Below, in pieces: positions 60,896 to 64,000 of a stretch of 64,000 nt of DNA. Each line of letters begins with the position of its first letter. The first letter of the stretch is position 1. The stretch lies in the IMG/VR virus record IMGVR_UViG_3300020576_001287, positions 16,489 through 80,488 of that record; one strand, written 5' to 3'. Position numbers and translations under genes: made by a program. Source of the stretch: a virus. Taxonomy: Duplodnaviria > Caudoviricetes. The notes beneath the pieces are model-generated. The model did no database searches. It saw only the letters and a list, made by a program, of their open reading frames with translations, and was not told the origin of the DNA.

Positions 60896-61831
60896 ATTAT
60901 AGCTTTTAACTATAGCCGGATAGTATTTTGTGATTCTGTTTTATTTAAAGTTACTTTAGTTTTGCCCTATCATTAACAACTAAAATTTACTTACAATGAA
61001 TCAGAAAATTAATTTAGTGGAATTAAGTAACGCGATACAAGCATACAAAAACTGCATTGCAGCAAAAGAACAGAATGATAATACCAGGCATTGGGCAAAT
61101 GTATGGTTTGAGGTAATTGACAAAGCAAATAATCTATTACCGCATGGTAGCGGTATGGATAACAAAATATATTTTGAGATTGCAGAATGTACTGCAAATA
61201 AGCTTATAATTAAATTCGATTATCACCACATGGCAGAGGGATACTATACCCATTGGAGTAATTATAAAGTAATAATTACTCCCGCATTTGGCGGATTTGA
61301 ATTAAATATAAAAGGTAGAAATTATAACGATATTAAAGATTATTTTTATGATATGTTTGATCCCCTTTTTGATTGCCCGACCATAGCACAATGGCAGGAG
61401 CAAAGAAAAATGCAATCGGTAAAATAGTTTTTTGATCCTTATTACTCCACTATCTAAAATTTATAAAAAATGAATACCGCAAATATTGAATTTAAACAAG
61501 TAAATAATAGTACTACCGGCACTCCTCGTTATGTATGTCATTTTACAGCCTTGATAACTGATAAAGACGAGCAAGAAATAAAAGATACTTTTGCAGCATC
61601 GTTACAACTTAACCCGTTATTACTTACCAGTCTAAAATATGAGAGAGCCTTAAGCAAAGTTAAAAAGTTAGGCGGTAAGAAATACCACAATAAAAATTAC
61701 GGTGGTGGTATCGCCTTTAGTGTTTGGAATACTGCAAAACTTGAAAATACTTTAACTGAATTATTAAAAGTTGCACCTCCCGCAGTACCTTGTATCAGTT
61801 AAAATACTTTTGCATTTTAATTTTTGATCCT

Positions 61832-61865
61832 TACCCATATCTTTGCGGATATGGGTATTTTTTTG
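61832..61865 (+). terminator. Intrinsic terminator closing the + strand array
   Basis: TACCCATATC-TTTGCG-GATATGGGTA plus T-run. Confidence 0.8.
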
Positions 61866-62023
61866 CCCTACTTGCTACCAGGCATACACCCAATAGCATT
61901 TTATAAGCTTTTAACCTACCTACGAGTTAAAATGCGTTACAATAAAGCAAAAGTAAGGTATACCCACACAAAGTACTATTTTAGGCGCAAATAGGCTATT
62001 TTTAATAAAGCTATTTTAATACA

Positions 62024-62058
62024 AATAAAAATCCCTTTACCGATTAAAGTAAAGGGAT
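62024..62058 (-). terminator. Intrinsic terminator closing the - strand array
   Basis: ATCCCTTTAC-CGATTAAA-GTAAAGGGAT preceded by an A-run on +. Confidence 0.75.
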
Positions 62059-62082
62059 CAATAGTAAGTATTGTTTAGATTA

Positions 62083-63556
62083 TTATTTGTATAGTTCACA
62101 TAAAGTATTGTATTCAGCTATTAAAAGCCTATCAGTATTTTTGTAGTCATTGTTACGACCGTTAGCATGTATAAATTCACCTGTAACAAGATCGTGAAAA
62201 TAAGTAGCTAACCCCACATCTTTGTAGCTGCTTTTACTTACTACGATTAAATAAGTATCCGTAAAGTATACATACACCCGTTTATCTGATTCCGGCTTGA
62301 CCAGTAATATTTTTTTAGGCTTTAATGCTATAATCGCTTTTAATCTGTCAAAATTTCTCATACTATAGTTATGTTTAAATTTTTAAAGTAACTTGAGATT
62401 ATATTATACACTACTTCAGTTGTTACGCCTTTTATCTTTTCGTTATCGTTATCCCTGCTAATATTGCTACTACCATGCACCCAGTAAAAAGTGTGGTAAT
62501 CAGTCTTATAAGTACATTTTTCAAACCTTATACCACTAACACTAGTATTTGTTTTTAATACTTCTTTTATGCGTTTAATTAACTTCATTACTTTATTTAG
62601 GGCTACTTTATACGCTTGATAATCTTGTATGTCTATTTGAGATAAGACAGCGTTATTTAAAAGTATAGTATCTAAACAATCAAAACCTATATTATAACTT
62701 TTACCGTTACTGTTTATGGTAGCTATGTTGGCTATTAGTTTACCGCAATTATCGCAGGAGCACCCATAACCATCTAGTATAGATACGTACTGTTTATTAA
62801 TTAGTGTATAAGTTACATTAAGCGGTAATCTCCTTTGTGTTATATTTTTCATACTTACTTATTTTTAGCTGTTAACAAAGTTATGCGTATTTCGTTTATT
62901 GCTTCATTCACATATTCACCGCCTTTTATCTGCCATACTTGTGCTAACTGCAATAAATCCGGTTTAGTTAGTGTGGCAAGTTGTTTGCGGTATCCTGTAG
63001 GATTGTATACATACTCATTTACTAGGGCTTTTAATTGCCCAATTTTTCGTGTTAGTGCTGAAGTAGGTAGTTTGGTAATTAGTCTATTTTGATCCATAAT
63101 TAAAGGCTATTTAGTTGTTTTGCAATAATGCATCATTACTAGTATCTTGTAGTACTTCAGTTGTTAGTATGTTGTGGTGCAACATTAGTACTTTTAAACC
63201 CGTCACTAGCTTATTATATTGTTCGGTTGGGTAATTCATTTTATTTAGTTGTTAGTTGTTAATAATGATTATTGTTTGTTTTATCCCCTGTATGCTACTA
63301 CTGCCTCATCGTTACTACGATTAAAGGTAATACAGTAAGCGGAACTATTTGTTTGGGTATATACCCCATGCGTAAAGTTATTGTTAGTAGTTCGCATAAA
63401 CATACAAAGCGGTAACGCCTCGTTATTGTGATCACAGATTACATACATTGTTTCCGATGCAAGTTCTAAGCCCAAATAATCCACATTATCGGATTGCTGT
63501 TTTTCTGTAAGGTCGTAGTAGCTCACTACCTCAGAACGGTTATAAAAGTACGTCAT
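62083..63556 (-). other. Minus-strand small CDS: 62083-62361, 62358-62852 (CxCxxC..C), 62855-63097, 63111-63239, 63281-63556
   Basis: Coupled ORFs with AACAACTAA leaders and a promoter at 63591-63610. Confidence 0.65.
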
Positions 63557-63815
63557 AATTGAAAAGTGTTTTTAGTTGTTATCAATACCCCAAAAGTAAA
63601 GTAACTTTAATTACTTGCCAATACTATTAACTTATACCCACTATAGCCAAAACTTATAACCCTATCAATTTACGCCTATTGCCCAATAGCCACATTATAC
63701 GCCTATAGCATACATCTAAACACTATAGCCATTATGATACTGCAACATGCTATATGGATCAGTAGTATACTTATGTTGCTATGCATGCTTATGTATCCGT
63801 AGTAAGCTATAGTTA

Positions 63816-63903
63816 TACTATGCTATAATACTACTACTACTTACGTAATAATAGCGTAAGCGGTTATTATGTAAGTAAGTAGTAGTAGTATTATAGCATA
63901 GTA
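63816..63903. repeat. Perfect 29-bp inverted repeat with 30-nt spacer
   Basis: TACTATGCTATAATACTACTACTACTTAC (63816-63844) and its exact reverse complement (63875-63903). Confidence 0.92.
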
Positions 63904-64000
63904 GTATATAACAGTATTATTAAAACATCTGTATCCGTAGTATCATTATAGTAATGTAGTACTAAATGTATATTACTACATAGTAGTAATATAGTGGAAT

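Larger units (their letters stand above)
56377..61802 (+). other. Putative early / host-takeover CDS: 56377-56745, 56769-56957, 56966-57169, 57318-57548, 57588-58247, 58380-59144, 59305-59814, 59908-60834, 60996-61427, 61470-61802
   Basis: Each ORF or ORF pair follows a repeated promoter/leader unit; AT-rich. Confidence 0.7.
2486..63609. repeat. Dispersed 13-bp palindrome TAAAGT(A/T)ACTTTA
   Basis: Perfect copies start at 2486, 4438, 6096, 15878, 22700, 25567, 27593, 33263, 35227, 36556, 37936, 39414, 43361, 45981, 48340, 52996, 53944, 59153, 60946, 63597; 1-2 mismatch copies at 8661, 9357, 12378, 18275, 29787, 31920, 33127, 41974, 52484, 55345, 56318, 62384 (manual scan, may be incomplete). 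Confidence 0.95.
55319..63610. repeat. Repeated promoter/leader units: TATA(C/G)CCCAATA..TTTTATC..TACTTTTG-CTTTATCATTAACAACTAAAA
   Basis: -7 boxes at 55365, 56338, 57280, 58342, 59266, 59864, 60957 (+) and 63591-63598 (-); the 28-mer TACTTTTGCTTTATCATTAACAACTAAA is identical at 56338, 57280 and 59266. Confidence 0.85.

Noticed and set aside
55319-63610. CRISPR array or attC-type integron
   Set aside because: The repeats are promoter/leader sequences separated by whole genes of variable length; no cas gene or tyrosine integrase, and no attC-like structure.
1-64000. Alternative genetic code, and an apparent excess of CCGG
   Set aside because: Conserved genes are intact under the standard code with all three stops used; the CCGG impression could not be quantified by eye and needs a tetranucleotide z-score.

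Overview
A 64-kb segment of a large tailed dsDNA phage with a contractile (myovirus-type) tail. The host is very probably in Bacteroidota: (G)TTG-N19-TAnnTTTG promoters recur, A-rich leaders replace Shine-Dalgarno motifs, and signal peptides have Gln at +1. Gene order: tail/baseplate module (1-17.5 kb); SPO1-like replication/recombination module with an embedded lysis cassette (17.6-38.7 kb); many small accessory genes (38.8-55.3 kb); an AT-rich array of promoter-gene-terminator cassettes that includes a serine recombinase (55.3-63.6 kb); and a non-coding low-complexity end with a perfect 29-bp inverted repeat. Best leads: (1) a 13-bp palindrome TAAAGT(A/T)ACTTTA with at least 20 perfect and about 12 near-perfect copies spread over the window at stop/start junctions, on promoters and inside genes, with a ParB-like CTPase and a small stand-alone wHTH protein as candidate binders; (2) a family-A DNA polymerase fractured into two genes by a naturally split intein, with a free-standing Vsr/EDxHD-like endonuclease between the halves; (3) the repeat-built cassette array around the serine recombinase. 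All motif lists were made by eye and all protein family calls come from motif recognition; no database search was run.
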